Origin: Neolecta irregularis DAH-3
Lineage: Eukaryota
Reading direction: 5' to 3'
Length of the DNA stretch: 57,112 nt
Assembly (NCBI GenBank): GCA_001929475.1
Contig: LXFE01000149.1
Span: forward strand, 1 to 57,112
Shown here: positions 22,530-36,352 of the stretch, piece after piece
Layout: each line of letters begins with the position of its first letter
Position numbering within the stretch: the first letter of the stretch is position 1
Translations under genes and position numbers: made by a program
The notes under the pieces: model-generated
Told to the model about the DNA's origin: nothing
Databases searched by the model: none
What the model saw: the letters and a program-made list of their open reading frames with translations, nothing else

Positions 22530-23477
22530 ATGGCTAGACGGTACGACGCCCGTGTCAATTTATTCTCGCCTGAAGGTAATTGCCCAGCTGGTAGCGTCTT
22601 TTTAGGTATTTAGGCAGGATATATCAGATCGAATATGCCATGTATGCTCTTTCTTTCTCAGGTCTAATTGTCAACCAGGGAGGCTATTGCACATGCGGGA
22701 ACAGCACTGGGAATGCTTGCTACAGACGGGATAGTGCTTGCGGCTGAGAAGAAAGTCTTCAGTAAATTGCTTGAGAAAGATTCGTCATCAGAGAAAGTCG
22801 GAATTCTCAACGAGTATGTCACCTTTATTTGCCTTGCAATGACAACAAGCAATATGATTTGTGCGGTTGCAGGAATTACAGCAGATGCCAATATACTGAT
22901 GAACCATGCACGCAGTGATGCTCAACGATATCTCTACATGTACAACGAAGATATTCCCTGCGAACAACTCGTCCGAAAGCTGTGCGACTTGAAGCAAGGT
23001 TATACGCAATACGGAGGTATATTCTGTAAAAAGCATACATCGCTAAATACAGGCTTGCGGCCTTTTGGAGTGTCATTCATATTTGCCGGTTACGATCATC
23101 TGCATGGCTTTCAGTTATACCAGTCTAATCCCTCCGGTAATTACAGTGGGTGGAAAGCTACTACAATTGGGGCGAATAGTGCTAGCGCCCAAAGCTTGCT
23201 GAAACAAGACTACAAAGAAGATTGTACTCTTGCTGAAGCCTCAGGATTGGCATGCAAGGTCTTGAGTAAGACTATGGATAGTGAAACATTAAGCAGTGAA
23301 AGACGTACGTACTGCTTTCCTCTTCATAACATTTACAAGAAAGTCGAGTTTGCGACAATTACTCGCGATGCGACTGGACAAATAGTACAGCGGATTTGGA
23401 AGCCGGAAGAAATCGATTCACTATTGAAAGAACATGGAGTTGGTAAAACCAGTCCAGAGCAGATGGAAACGTCATAA
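22530..23477 (+). CDS. PRE9: 20S proteasome subunit alpha-3
   Basis: MARRYD...[51 protein letters not shown]; 5 introns. Confidence 0.93.
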
Positions 23478-23557
23478 ACTTGCCAGCTTATATAAAATAA
23501 TTCATTTCTATTTCATTAATATGCTGACTTTTCATTTACGGTCCTTTGTTCATTGCT

Positions 23558-25591
23558 TCAGTATAATTGTGGTCCGGCCGCGAGAATTTCTGCCGATGCT
23601 TGATCCTTATACTTCACAAAATTCTTCGTGAAGAGGGTGGCAAGTTTTCGAGCTTCATTGTTCAATTCGGTTTCACTACTCCATGACCGATACGGGTTCA
23701 GAATCTCTTCCGGAACACCGACACACGTTTTAGGGACGCTCAAATTGAAGATCTTGAAAGTCTCATACTCAACTTCTGCAAGTGAACCCGAATGAATGGC
23801 ATTCAGAATTGCACGCGTGTATTTGAGAGGACATCGCTGACCACCCAAGACTTGGCTGTGACCGATCCAGCCGGTGTTAACTAGCCAGGCATTGGCTTTG
23901 TGCGCGGTGATTTTCTAAGACTCAGTAACACTTCAGAATTATTTGTTACCTTTGCGAGCATATTTGCGTAACGGATAGGATGCAGGACCAGGAATGGTTG
24001 TCCAAAACAAGCCGAAAATGTTGCTTCAGGTTCGGTCACACCATCTACAGGTTAGAGATATACATGCCTTCTAGGGGCAACCTTCAGTTCCAGCCATTTT
24101 GGACGTGTATCCGCTGATAAAGTGATACATGACCTTGTTGTCAGAACGAGATTTGAATATGCAATACCTGCTCGTTGTTGAGTTTGGAGACAGGCGGTAA
24201 AACACCACTGGCGTCGCAAGTGAGAAGGATAATATTCCGAGGATGACCACTGGAGATGCAAGGGATTTTAGCATTAGGAATAAATCTATCTGTTAGGTTG
24301 CAATGAAAAGCACGCATACTCAATTGGATAAGCGCATCGAGTATTTTCTGTAAGTGTCTTGTCCTCGTAATCAACAACTCGATCGACTGGATTGAACACA
24401 ACATTTTCCAATACAGAGCCAAACCGAATAGCATTAAAAATATCAGGTTCCTAGAGTCAAAAATGATGTTTTTCTATTGAGATATCACCTTCTCGGCAGA
24501 GAGACCAATGCATTTCGCGTAACATCCACCCTCGACATTGAAGACGCCTGTGTCACTCCAACAATGCTCGTCGTCTCCGATCAAGGCTCGATGGGGATCT
24601 GCCGACAGAGTAGTCTTTCCGGTGCCGGAAAGGCCAAAGAATAACGTGACGTCACCGTCGACTCCTTCATTCGCAGAAGAATGGAGAGTAAGGATGTTAT
24701 GTTTGACAGGGAAGAGGTAGAGAACAACAGAAAAGATACCCTTCTTCATTTCGCCTATAAGATTAATACAGTTCCAGGGTGGGAAGGGCGAACCAGCATA
24801 TTCAGTGCCAAGGATAACCATTTCATGTTCTTTAAAGTTGATCGCGACAGAAGTGGTCGATGTCATGCCAGTAGTGAATCGATTAGCAGGGACTAAGATC
24901 AGAGATGCAGCAACTCCAAGAATTTTTACATGCACCGGCGTTGTAGATTGTAAAGTCTGGCTTGCCCCAGTGCTCCAGTTCCTCGGGCGTTGGTCGTATA
25001 AGCATATTTCGCATGAAGAGACAATGATAGGCACGGGCACAAACGACGCGGACTTTGATATGGTACCTTGGATCCCACCCTGCATATCCATCGAACACGT
25101 AAATTCGGGATCGGGTGTTTAGGTAATCAATAGCACGTTCACGATTAATGAGCCAAACATTCGGAGACATCTTTTGATTGACCACGCCCCACTACAGGTT
25201 TAATCTATGAGGGAAGATCTCGACCGTACCCAAATGTCTTTTGAAGATGTTTCTTCGTCGACTATCCGCTTGTCTTATGGAATGAGAAGACTTTATAGCA
25301 TACTCGCATACCTTTGGGAGAACGGCCAGTTTTTGCTCCTGAACTGGTATTCAGAGCACCCGTATTGGTAATTGCGCTTCCTTTTTCATAAACAAGAGCA
25401 TCCTCGTAGAGCTGAGCGACAGAAGGGTTGTATTGGATGTGCACGATGTCATAATTAATGTGTGCAGTTTCATAGAGTTCTTCTTCGATTTCTGTATGTT
25501 CATGCTCGGTAACAGCAGGAGTAATTCCGTGGGGATGTAGAGAAGTTCGATTGACCGAGCTTTTAGCTTGTTCAGCGGGAGACATTTTCAT
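23558..25591 (-). CDS. PCK1: Phosphoenolpyruvate carboxykinase (ATP)
   Basis: [75 protein letters not shown]; 9 introns. Confidence 0.97.
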
Positions 25592-26353
25592 GATGCGGAG
25601 GAGAAACGACGGTGGAGAGTGCCTTTTATGCGACCCACATCTACATTTACGTCGGCACCCGGTTTATCCCGATATAATTTCGGTCACTCCCGCCGGTATG
25701 CTCCGACCAACTAGTCTTGTTCTCCTTCAACATGTTTTTGGATCAAAATGACGAGGGAAATACTATTCTACTCCGCGATAAAAAGCGGTGCCATCAGGTT
25801 ACAAATAATAAAAACCAAGCCCTACTAAAAAGGCGACTAAATATACCTTTCATAGCTAGCCGTAGCCCAAGACCCCCATTGAAAATGATCCGATCCTTTT
25901 GTTATAATAGTACAGGCTTTTTTCAGTAGTTCCAGCCAATACCAATCCAGTCAATAGTGGTATATATCCCGGTGCTGCCCGCAAAGAAGTCATCTGGCAA
26001 GTATTTATCAAGCTCCTGCTGGTCATGGGACGTAACTAAGTCCGAAGCGCATCTATGTTAATAATATATGAAATCATTGTGGTTATGTGACTAAGAATAT
26101 ACTACCTTTGCAGGACCACTTTGAAGAATAATATGTTGAACTCGACTTTTGATAAATTATTAATTCACTACAGAAGCCCAATTAAAACGGGTCTCGTTAT
26201 ATGAGAAATTAATTGAAACCCATATTATAAAGTACGTCGAACAAATCGAAACTTCTTTAGAAAACTCATTCCTGCCATATTACCAAAAATGAAATTCCGC
26301 CCAAATCCAAAACGATAAATTAATTAGTTCCCAATGACATGAGAAGAAAGGGT

Positions 26354-28038
26354 TTAGTTTCCGCGTCTTGAAGATGATGCGGTTAGTCGACTGCCCGACT
26401 TTCCAATGACTCCGCGCTCCAACGGCTTGGGAGCTGATCCCACGCATCGTTTCCAAAAACTCTGCTTCCCAGATTCAGAAGGCGCAGCATCCTTCTCGGT
26501 AGAAATCACAGGCTCCGATTCACCTGCGGGCAGCACTAAAATTATCTGGCTGCCTGTACTTTCCGATTTTTGAAGGTTGTCAGCAGAGATTCGATTGGAA
26601 ATGTTGGCTGGGGGTTGCAATAATGGTGCAGGAGGAGCCAGATCTTCTAGATTCTCTGCAGCAATGCTTAGTTTCCTAAATATCAGCAGCATAATCACGA
26701 TGATTAAATACCTGCGCGGAAGTTTGGTATAGTCGAAATCTTCGTAGCATTTCTCCATCATATCGTAGCGTTCGTCCTCCTGGATCTCTGAAGGAGTAGA
26801 TTTCCCTTGGGTCTTGCGTTTGCTTGCAGTTCCGCCATCCCTATTACGAGCCACTTTACGGGCACGCAATTCAAGGGGTGATTGTTCCAAAAGCAGTTCT
26901 TCCAATTCGTGCGTTGTGTCAAAATTGTTGGTTTTCGATGGAGAATAAATCGGAGGAGCGCGTTTTTGAGCCAAGTCAGTGAAGTTGAAAGAATCTAAAA
27001 ATGGGTGCGATGATATCTGGGAAACGCCGCCTGAGCCTAAACGATTTTCCGGATCTTTGCAAAGAAATCCCTTGAGTGCAGACATGCACTCGTCAGACAT
27101 TGGAGGAGCAATCTTGTAATATGGAGGGGTTGAGTTGATAGCGAGATTTGCGAAATCCTCGTGGGTACGACCGCGGAATGGTCGCTTTAGAGATTAGCAC
27201 GTTTATAAAGGAGTAGAACTTTTTCATAAATACACTCGTAGAAGCAGGCGCCGAGGGAATACCAATCAACTGCAGTCCCATAACCTTTCCCAAGGAAAAT
27301 TTCGGGCGCTTGCTATTAGCCAAGGATATAAAAAGCATACCCATATAAGCAGCAGTTCCAGTCAAAGATAAAAGAGGGCGATCTGTGGGAAGATGGGTTG
27401 CGATGTTGAAGTCTGCAAGATGCAAATGGCCCGCCTCGTCCATGAGGACGTTATCTGGTTTGACGTCTCTGGATAAATTAGGCTGTGGATATTTCAAAAT
27501 ATACCTATGGACGATTCCTTGAGAGTGGAGGTAAAACAATGCAGCACATAATTCCGCGATCCAAAACTTTATACATTCCTCGGTGAAGGCTTTTCGATTC
27601 AAGTGAAAACGAAGATCGCCGCCAATCATGAGATCGGTAACCATGTACATATACTCTGCGTCTTGAAATGCGTATCGCAGACAGCAAATCAAGGGGTGTT
27701 CGAGTTCTTCGAGGATGACCTGGGATGAGCAACGAACCCAGATTTCCATACTCTTTCTCGAATGACATTTGTTACAGAATTCGACTTTGAGCAGTCGCTT
27801 TTCCTGATATATTTCAGGGCGAATGTTTTCTTGGTCTCCTTGTGTTCGACAACCCGGACCTGTGTACTTAATATTGTACAAACAAGGATTTTGTACCTTT
27901 CCAAACGAGCCTTTCCCGACGACCCTGAGCAGCCTGAACTGCGCAAGGTTGACTATGGCGTTCAATATGAAAAACAAGTGGGCTTTTTGCACTTTTTGCG
28001 GGCTCAGCGGGTGATGTCTTGGAGGACGAGTTGCCCAT
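26354..28038 (-). CDS. AGC kinase, YANK/STK32 (Ppk33-like), with N-myristoylation motif MGNSSS
   Basis: [58 protein letters not shown]; 7 introns. Confidence 0.88.
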
Positions 28039-28281
28039 AGAATATGTTTGCGCGGCAGCAAGATGAGTATACTAGCCCTGAAGGCGAAGATGCAGCACGG
28101 CTTGAGCAAAAAACCCAAGAAAAAGGGTGGATAATATACGAGTTTGAATAATCAAGGGCGGGGTCTGTCGAGGGAGGAGTTTCAAACACGCCCCTTTCGG
28201 AAAAAAAGCAAAACGCACAATATTTGCATAAACTATGTATGTGCTGATGCCTGGAACGCCTGAAATAAACCATCCGAGCTG

Positions 28282-29049
28282 CTATTCCATCTCTATCTGG
28301 CCGGCAGGTTCGTCTTCAGAGTCAAAAGACGCAACAGAACTCATGTCTTGATCGCTCGAGCTTTCGTCGGTTGCGGCATCAAAGGCTTCTTTGGTTGCAT
28401 ATCTGGAAACATAGTCTGCAATTAACTTGGGTGAAAAGTGGAACATGCCTTTGACTTTTGCTTCGTATGTCTTGGGTTCGCGCATGAGCAGGGCCGCTGC
28501 TTCGCCGTTGAGCGGATCGGTAGGATTCGGGTAGCGCAGGAGCTGCGGGAGAAAGACTTCAAAGATGTTGATCATGTCTAGTTGTAAATATAAAATATAG
28601 CGAAAAAAGAAACCAAACATGGGACTCCAGGTCTGGTTGATCACATCGAGACAGACAGATCCGCTCCTGGAGCTGTCAGAACCCGCAGGACACACAAGGG
28701 CAGCACAGCTCGTCGATGTTGGGGTGGAAAATGCGATTCATAAAGCCAATAGACGGACTGGACATAGGATAATTGTTGGGCAGTTCAACATGGACTTTCC
28801 AGATCCCGCCGTCGTACGGTGCTATAGAGATTAGGGTATTCTAGAGGAAAAGTACTTTCGACCGGCCCGTGGAAGCGGACATAAAACTCTTGCCTGATAA
28901 ATTAGAATCCTCGCATTGGGATATTATACATGCTGTCCTGGACAAGTGTAACTTCGTAGTCGCTCATAAGCCTTTCAGTCAGTTTTTATACTTAACTGCA
29001 AGTACAGCTTCATGACATCTGTTTCGATACGGCGTTTGGGCGAACTCAT
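28282..29049 (-). CDS. UBC8: Ubiquitin-conjugating enzyme E2 Ubc8/UBE2H
   Basis: [69 protein letters not shown], acidic tail; 6 introns. Confidence 0.95.
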
Positions 29050-29331
29050 TTGAATTTGACAGAGGGACCAGTGATAAATTCGTGGGGAGATAGTGAAACG
29101 TGATATTGACTCTCCCAGACTTTATACTCAGTTTCAAACCCACTCTTAATGCTATCTGGCCTTGATAGACTGATCTTTTCATTGTTTTAGTTTTGTCCTG
29201 TCTAACTACTTATTCCGGCGACCGGCAATTTTGGCTCCTCTTTCTGTTACCGTTACATCCTAGTTTCCTTTCCCGCCTCTATAAAGAGCGGTTATAACAA
29301 GGATTTGTAGTTTAGCCAGCTGTTGTTCCTC

Positions 29332-30415
29332 ATGAGTCTTCTGCGTCGAATTCCCCGATCCGCACCGTTTAGTTTTCGGTCAAATTCCCAACCATATCTC
29401 GCAGATAATGCACAGGGTATAAAATATAAATATCAAACTGACAGCACGCAGCTGCACCCAGAGCCAAAATCAGGCTGCAAACGCTGCTCGAATACCACAG
29501 CTCGAAGACTCCAATCGTCGCTCTAACTGCACACGACTATACGTCGGGGTACGCTGCTGATATGGGTGGCGTAGACATTGTACTCGTAGGCGATTCGCTC
29601 GCAATGGTTGCCTTGGGAATGGATTCGACAACGGAACTGACCCTCAATGACATGATCCACCATGCAAAGGCGGTATCCCGTGCTGTAAAATCAGCATTTC
29701 TCGTTGGGGATTTGCCGTTTGGCACCTACGAAAACACCCCCACCCAGGCATTGCACAGCGCAATCAGAATGATCCGCGAAGGCAGAGTCGAGGTTTTTCT
29801 TTTTTTTCGATTCGTGTCATTAACAGCCAGGCGGTTAAGATCGAAGGCGGGTCTGAAATGGCGCCTGCAGTCCAAAAGATTACAAGCGTTGGTATTCCTG
29901 TACTCGGGCATATTGGAATGATGCCCCAGCGTCAGACATCTATGGGTGGATTCCGAGTGCAAGCCAAAACTGCTGCTCAGGCGTGTTACTCCTTATTTGT
30001 GATGCTAACCTCCAGGCTGAAAGCATCCTGGTCAATGCCAAGAGTCTGCAGGAAGCGGGGTGTTTTGGTATTGTGCTCGAAGCAATTCCGGGAAATATAG
30101 CAAAACTGGTCACTGATGCTTTGGTAATACCCACCATTGGTATTGGAGCAGGGGTAGGCTGCTCAGGACAAATACTCGTCCAGCTCGACATGCTCGGATC
30201 ATACCACAAGCTTGCGCCAAAGTATTTCATCAACACTCTCATGCACTGACTGCAGGTTCGTCAAGCAGTGGGGACAAGTAGGCGAAATCTCCAAGAATTG
30301 CATATCAAGCTACTGCCAGGAAGTGAGAAAAAGGGTCTTTCCTGGACCAGAACATACATATTCAATCAAGCCAGAAGAACTAGACCTATTCAAAAACAAA
30401 CTTGTGAATCAATAA
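29332..30415 (+). CDS. ECM31: 3-methyl-2-oxobutanoate hydroxymethyltransferase (PanB)
   Basis: [59 protein letters not shown]; 4 introns. Confidence 0.95.
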
Positions 30416-30463
30416 TTGGACATCATGATAGTTTATATTACAAATGTGAACCGAAAAGATACA

Positions 30464-32875
30464 TCATGTTGAATGTGTACTCTGAATATATTGCTGCAGC
30501 ATGGATTCAATAACGGCTGGGTCAGATAGTAATGTAGGATTCTGAAGCACTTGAGGGTTTCCAGCCAACACAGATTGCAAAAAGACAAGATCTGCTTCTG
30601 ACAGCGAAAGTCCCATAGGTAAAGCACGAGCAATAGCTTCAGTTGATGGAATAACCGTCTTGACTGTTGGCGTATGTAAAGCTTTGTTGACAACAATTAG
30701 AACGAGAAGCATATTACCCTGTCGATCTTCATTCGAAATTTGAACATTGTCCATGACTTCAAGGAATTCAGGCACAGTCTCGTGAGGCGAGAGTGGAACA
30801 AGAATAGCATCCTTGACGGCAGGAGGATTATTCGTAATTGCCCCATATCGACGCTTTGAATGGTAAAAGTTGAACACTTCGTTAAACGCAGCCTCATCAG
30901 CGGGAGTTTCTGGAAATATCGCAAGTGCAATGACGTCTTTACTGCGACTGAATCGTTGTTGAACAAGATATCGCCCGCCTACACTTACTTCCATACGTCC
31001 ACGAACGAATATCGAGCGGGGGTTGAGGATTTCTTCAACTGTACGAACATGCGAGAGGGGCGGACCACCAATTTGCGTTACCACAGCTCGAAAACCAGGA
31101 CCTTGCTCCATAGTAACTTCTCCATGCCATATTCCTTCTCGACTAGACATCTTTTCCGCAGGATCATTGTTTGAAATGCAGTATTCCGGTGATCCCATAT
31201 CAACGAGATCAATAATATCTTGTTCCACTGCAACGGGCTTTTCAAGAGCCTGTGACTCGCTAGATCTACGGGAAGAAACGTTGACTGTTTCACCCGGAAG
31301 ACTGTGACTGTGCGATTCTACGTGGTTCCATACACTCTGTAAATTGAAATCTCCAGAGCTAGGAGATTGTGCAAATGCATGCGAGGGTGTAATAACAGCA
31401 ACAGGCCTAACAGCAGGTGGCGAAGCATAAATCGTGTCCTTGAGCTGCGGAGGAGGTGAGATACTCGTCGGTGAATGAAGCGTCAATGAAATATCTTCCT
31501 CAGTTTTAGGAGCTACAAATGGAGCAAGAGTGGTGTCAGGTGGAATACTTCCCTCTGGTACAAAGTCCCCCTCGACAACCTCTTCGCCTTTATGAGTCCT
31601 TCGAATTCTGGGTGCTTCAACAGTTTTAAGAATTGAATTTCGCGCTATTTGTTCTCGAATGTTTTGTGCTTGATCTCTCAATTCAGGATTAGCAAGCTCC
31701 TCATTTGACATCACGACAAGTGAATCTGTAGATAATTCACCCGAAAGGATTTGGGACCTTAGTGTATTGTTTTTTTGGTCCTTCAGATTGAAATTAAGCG
31801 AACGACCTCTGTTTTTGTACGTCCGACCTTCATCTTGACCCCAGTACTGATTAAATAAAGCTTGTTCAATCGATAGGCTGTACTTCAGTGATAAACTTGA
31901 GGCAGTTTCGCCTTCTGGTAACGATAATATTCCAGCACTGCACTGCTGTTCGATTGCAGAGTGTAAAGGTTTTGAAAAGAGTCCAACAAACGACTTTCTG
32001 ACTGGATCTTTGAGATCGTCTATACTATCCACTGGCTCTGAAGGCACTGGTTTTGTAGCCATTTCTACACCACTTGAACTTCGTTTGGGGGCTTTTAAAC
32101 GTGATGGTCTATGTTCGGGGGCACCCACAGGCTCTGTAGATGTGGGACCGGATATCGACAAATTGCGACGAGGTCTTCTGATTGCAGAAATCTGATAATC
32201 AGAAGGTACTCTGGAATTTAGACTCGCCGGTTTCTCCTCATCCGACATATAGTCGGGATCCGAATCGGCCGACATGCTTTCCTCGAGATTGCCTTCTTCT
32301 GGACTAGGGCTTTTAAACTGTATGGTTAATAATTATTTTCACCATGGCTATACTGGCTTGACTTGAGCAGAATCAGGGGGGGTTGATTTGCAGAGTGGAT
32401 TACTATCGCTGTGCTCGTCTAAGATGGTAAGGAAGGTGATACGAGTTTGAATAAATATACTTTTTGCTTGTACTTTGGCCTTCTTCCGAGCAGGCGTACG
32501 TGATATTGGGGCTCTCTTTCTCGTGCTTTTATTCTTTACATCATCCAAAAGCTTCTCATGTGAATCTGGGCGACACTTTTCGCAAAAATAATTTTCGGGG
32601 ATTGCATCATCGTTGTGGAATCCCATACACTTTGCGTGTTGCCATACATTGCATGATTCACACTGGACCATCACGCCGATATCGTCGTCGTCTTTGTCTT
32701 CTTGGCCGCAGATGCAGCGAGTAACATCTTGAGATGATCCCGCGAGATTTGCGAGGGACTCCCGTCGTTGGCCTTTATTGGCTCTTGAACTTCTTCGCGG
32801 AGCATTTCCGGATGCTGCGACGTTAACTGATGATATCTCAGGGGCGGGGCACATACACACGAGGGAGGAGCTCAT
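30464..32875 (-). CDS. BYE1: PHD + TFIIS-central + SPOC transcription factor (Bye1/PHF3/DIDO-like)
   Basis: PHD finger TRCICG..MVQCESCNVWQHAKCM..YFCEKC; YKNRGRSLNFNLKD..N..L..MSNEELAN; RRTHKGE; SPOC region. Confidence 0.85.
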
Positions 32876-33210
32876 GTCAATATAATGTGGACGCAGTTTG
32901 TCGAAAAGTGCTCACAGGCAACCAGTTTACGTACGCAAGTCCAATACAGACTCGGTGGATAATGAACTGAAAGATGCTAACAAAGAGGTACAAGCCGCTT
33001 CTTCCTCCAGACTACCAGGAAACCCAACAATTATCCTTCCCTGGATTAGAAAGAGCTGATCAGCTGGTTGTGGTTGCGTGTTGGTTGAGGCGGTGTCGGG
33101 TCGCTAGTCCCGTTTTTTCATGTACGAAAACATTATAAAATGTCTTGAACCAGAAAATACATCCACATCGCTATAAAACAAATATGAATACTAAGACATG
33201 AGCCTCATCG

Positions 33211-34545
33211 TCAACGGCGCACTCCTGTGACTACCAGAGCACCGGGGCTTTCTTCATATTTCCACCCTTCGCGGTCCAGCAAACGCCTAGTGACAGACGG
33301 AATCTTTGCAATCCCGTCCTGACTGCGTGTTCCAGAACCAACAATGATCAAAAGGGGATCAAACACAGTCTTCAGATCACTGGCAACTTTGACCCGCGAC
33401 CACCAGTCATTGCACTTGGTTCTGGTCAGCTGCAGCGCTTCTGTGATAGTCAGTCCGTGCAAGTCAAGCTCGTATGGCTTCTTGCTGTACCCGTCAGAAA
33501 CAATAAGTTGGTGCAAAAAGAGAAACCTTGCGTTATCAAGGATCGCCTCCCGTGCTTTCGCGCTCCAGACCTTGGCTTTCAAATCGTACTCTTTGCCTTG
33601 ATCAGAGTATGCAGCAGCTGCAGTCTTGAACAACGGGCCAGACTTTCGAAACGTCTCGGCCGCTTTTGCAAAACATTCGTTTCGCTTCTGGGTATAAAAG
33701 TCGACCTTGTCTTGGCAAGCAGCCGGTCTAGCAGCAGCAACCATCGCGGCACTTTCCGTTGAATCAGTTGCAAATTTGGGGGGAAGGGGTTTGCATAATA
33801 CTTGCGGTGGGTCGAGTTTATCATGCAGTAATTTCACAAGCTTGGTCGATGTGTCAATGTCGCCCTTTGAGGCAACTAGCAACTGTTCCAGTCGTTCCTG
33901 CGATACTTTGGGGTATTTTGTATGGATGTCGAGCGCAGCTTGAGTAATATAGGGTGTTGGCAATTTAATATTTTGAACCTTGCCAAAGAGCACATTAATT
34001 GCCTGATTTACTGATGTATGTGCATGCAGTGCCGAAAGAGCTGTTTCACGAGGAATCTGGAATTCGTTGGAAATCCAATCAGCGTTCTCTTGAATGGTTA
34101 GCCAAGATGTTTTATGTATATCTCTGGTTGATAATTGCACAAACCCAACGTTCAACTGGCCTCGCCTTGCTTTCCTCTTTTTCTTGCGCAGAAAATGAAT
34201 GTCGTCGGGCACTGCCAGTTCATCAAATGCCAAAAGATGTCCATCTGCAGTTCGAAACTCGATATCCAGAGCTTCGCGGTTCAAAAGTTCGTCTGTTGCT
34301 TTTTGGATATCGCCACCGCACTCTCTCAGAGTATACTCGATGGTATGGCGCTTCTGCCGAGGAAAAGACATGGCGAGAAATGCCAGATCACGGGGCTGCG
34401 ATTCGCAAGGCGCACCATAACCGGCGAGCTGTGATAATACTTGCAGGGCGGCATCTTCGTTCTCTCCATCCCTTGCAAGCGCAATAACTAAAGCTTCGTC
34501 CAGAGGCGGACAAAACTTGGCGATGAGTCGATCTTCCAGGCTCAT
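33211..34545 (-). CDS. CUE2: CUE + Smr domain endonuclease (Cue2/N4BP2-like)
   Basis: FCPPLDEALV, CUE-like LAMSFP..GGDIQKATDELL, Smr LDLHGLTITEAL..IIVGSGTRS. Confidence 0.8.
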   Translation of the reverse strand: MSLEDRLIAKFCPPLDEALVIALARDGENEDAALQVLSQLAGYGAPCESQPRDLAFLAMSFPRQKRHTIEYTLRECGGDIQKATDELLNREALDIEFRTADGHLLAFDELAVPDDIHFLRKKKRKARRGQLNVGFVQLSTRDIHKTSWLTIQENADWISNEFQIPRETALSALHAHTSVNQAINVLFGKVQNIKLPTPYITQAALDIHTKYPKVSQERLEQLLVASKGDIDTSTKLVKLLHDKLDPPQVLCKPLPPKFATDSTESAAMVAAARPAACQDKVDFYTQKRNECFAKAAETFRKSGPLFKTAAAAYSDQGKEYDLKAKVWSAKAREAILDNARFLFLHQLIVSDGYSKKPYELDLHGLTITEALQLTRTKCNDWWSRVKVASDLKTVFDPLLIIVGSGTRSQDGIAKIPSVTRRLLDREGWKYEESPGALVVTGVRR

Positions 34546-34720
34546 GAAATAAAATAATATCTAGCTGCGATCTGCATTTTGATAATGGTGGGGTACAAGT
34601 AGCGATGGAAGAAGCATAGGCCAGTCCATTCCTGCACCAACCCTTATAGTCGATACAGTATAGTTACATAAAGATACATAAAAGCAAAACACAACTCCTG
34701 TCCTTTGCCAACTAGAACAC

Positions 34721-36272
34721 TCAAGGTGGTGTTCCCACTCCCGTCAGTGCGGCATCAGTAGGTGCAGCCAGACGGGCGGTCTCTGCTTTGACAACAGACG
34801 GCTCCAAATGTCCTGCAGCTGCTGGTTGTGTAGTATTCCTGGTGTGCTGAGGCGAAACAGGCTGTGATCCATCACTGACCAAGTCATCTCCCAGTTCAGC
34901 CGAGGTTCCACTGCACGACGCTTTCAAAGCCTCCCACCAGCTGATACATTCTTCAAAAGAGTCCGCACTGAAGAATTGGTCATGTTTTCCGGATCCAAAT
35001 GATAGTTTGGACCTGTTGGCCTCCTTGCCAGAGAGGGAAAACTTGGTCTTGCCGCTCTCTTGAACAGAGTGACCACCGATCAAGCAATCCGGGATGTACA
35101 ACGAGAAGACAGGCTCTGGATCGGATATTGGACTATCCGACTTGAATTCGTGGAGATACTGGCTCTCCGTGAGGACAAAGTAGCCTCTGCTGTAGGTCTA
35201 CCGAAGGTAAGCTATGACTGATATATCTTGATACCTTGAGGAAATTCCCCCTTCTCGCCAGAAAACCTTCCTTTATCGGTTTGGTAGACTCGTGATCCAT
35301 ATCAGCATAGCGGATAGAGCTAACTTCTCGTGAAGGAGTGGACGGGTTGATAAGCGACTGTTCACGTTTCTGAAATGCATCCCATTCAAGGCTCAGAGGA
35401 ATCTTGCTAACTGTGGCTAAAGGTCAGCAACCCAAAGAGCTGGACTATATACATTGAACGCTTCCAACTGCAGTTTTGAGGTTCTCAGATTCATGTATCA
35501 CCTGAGAGTAATATGCAGTAATAACATTCTGAATACTCTGGATAATATGTCGTTCAAATGTCGCACATTCCTCTTGGGTCTTGATCAAAGCTCTTTAGAT
35601 CAGCTGGATAAAGCTATCTGGAAATTACTGAGTATGTTCGTTCTCACTTCTGACTTGCTTGTCTAATAGATGCTGAATATCTAAATTTCAATAAATTATG
35701 CTGATGGTATTGCGTACATCGATTGACGACAAACGGGTCGGATTTACTGTCAACAGAATTGCTACTACTAAAGGCGGAAGTAGTTCTCCCAAGTTCTTCG
35801 ACATGTTTAAAGCTTTCGCTGTGTATCTTTTCGATATGTTTGCTGCCCTTGGTACTTTGGTTTTTAAAATGTTTGATGTGATGTTTAATATCAGTTTTAA
35901 TCTGATCGACTATTGCAACGCAATGGGTCATGGTTTTGGTGTACTCGGCATGGTCGATGCTCAGTTTGTTACTGTTTTCGTGAAGAGTGTTGATCGCAGC
36001 TGACTGTTAGACAAGTACAGGAAAACTGACAAACCCATGATTCCATTGGACTCAAAGCTGGCCGCATAGCTAGAGGGCTTGTTGAAGCTTTTGTTCATCT
36101 TGGAATACTGCTTGGATGCAGATTTCTGGTGTGCTTCAGCCTGTTCAAAGTAGTCGTACAACTCATCGACCAGATTTCTCCAGGCAGTCATCCGAGTAAT
36201 AATGGCATCATTAGGGTCAACGTCCATGGTAGGAACAAGATTTGTATCTTGAGAAATAGCAGTAGTAGTCAT
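34721..36272 (-). CDS. BAR-PH domain protein (Slm1-like)
   Basis: N-terminal coiled coil (RMTAWRNLV..YF), DPFVVN, PH domain YSRGYFVLT.S.YLHEF..P.PVFSLYIPDC; 5 introns. Confidence 0.75.
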
Positions 36273-36352
36273 GGTTTGAATATAGTAGATGGGAAGGAGC
36301 AGCTGGCTTTTTATGGAAAAATAGTATCGATGCGGTAATTTGCCACAGTCAG

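Noticed and set aside
23558-29049. PCK1 near UBC8 (substrate and E2 of the yeast GID pathway) as a functional cluster
   Set aside because: Separated by an unrelated kinase; no other GID genes present; plausibly chance
16105-30415. ILV5 and ECM31 as a pantothenate gene cluster
   Set aside because: 12 kb apart with seven unrelated genes between them
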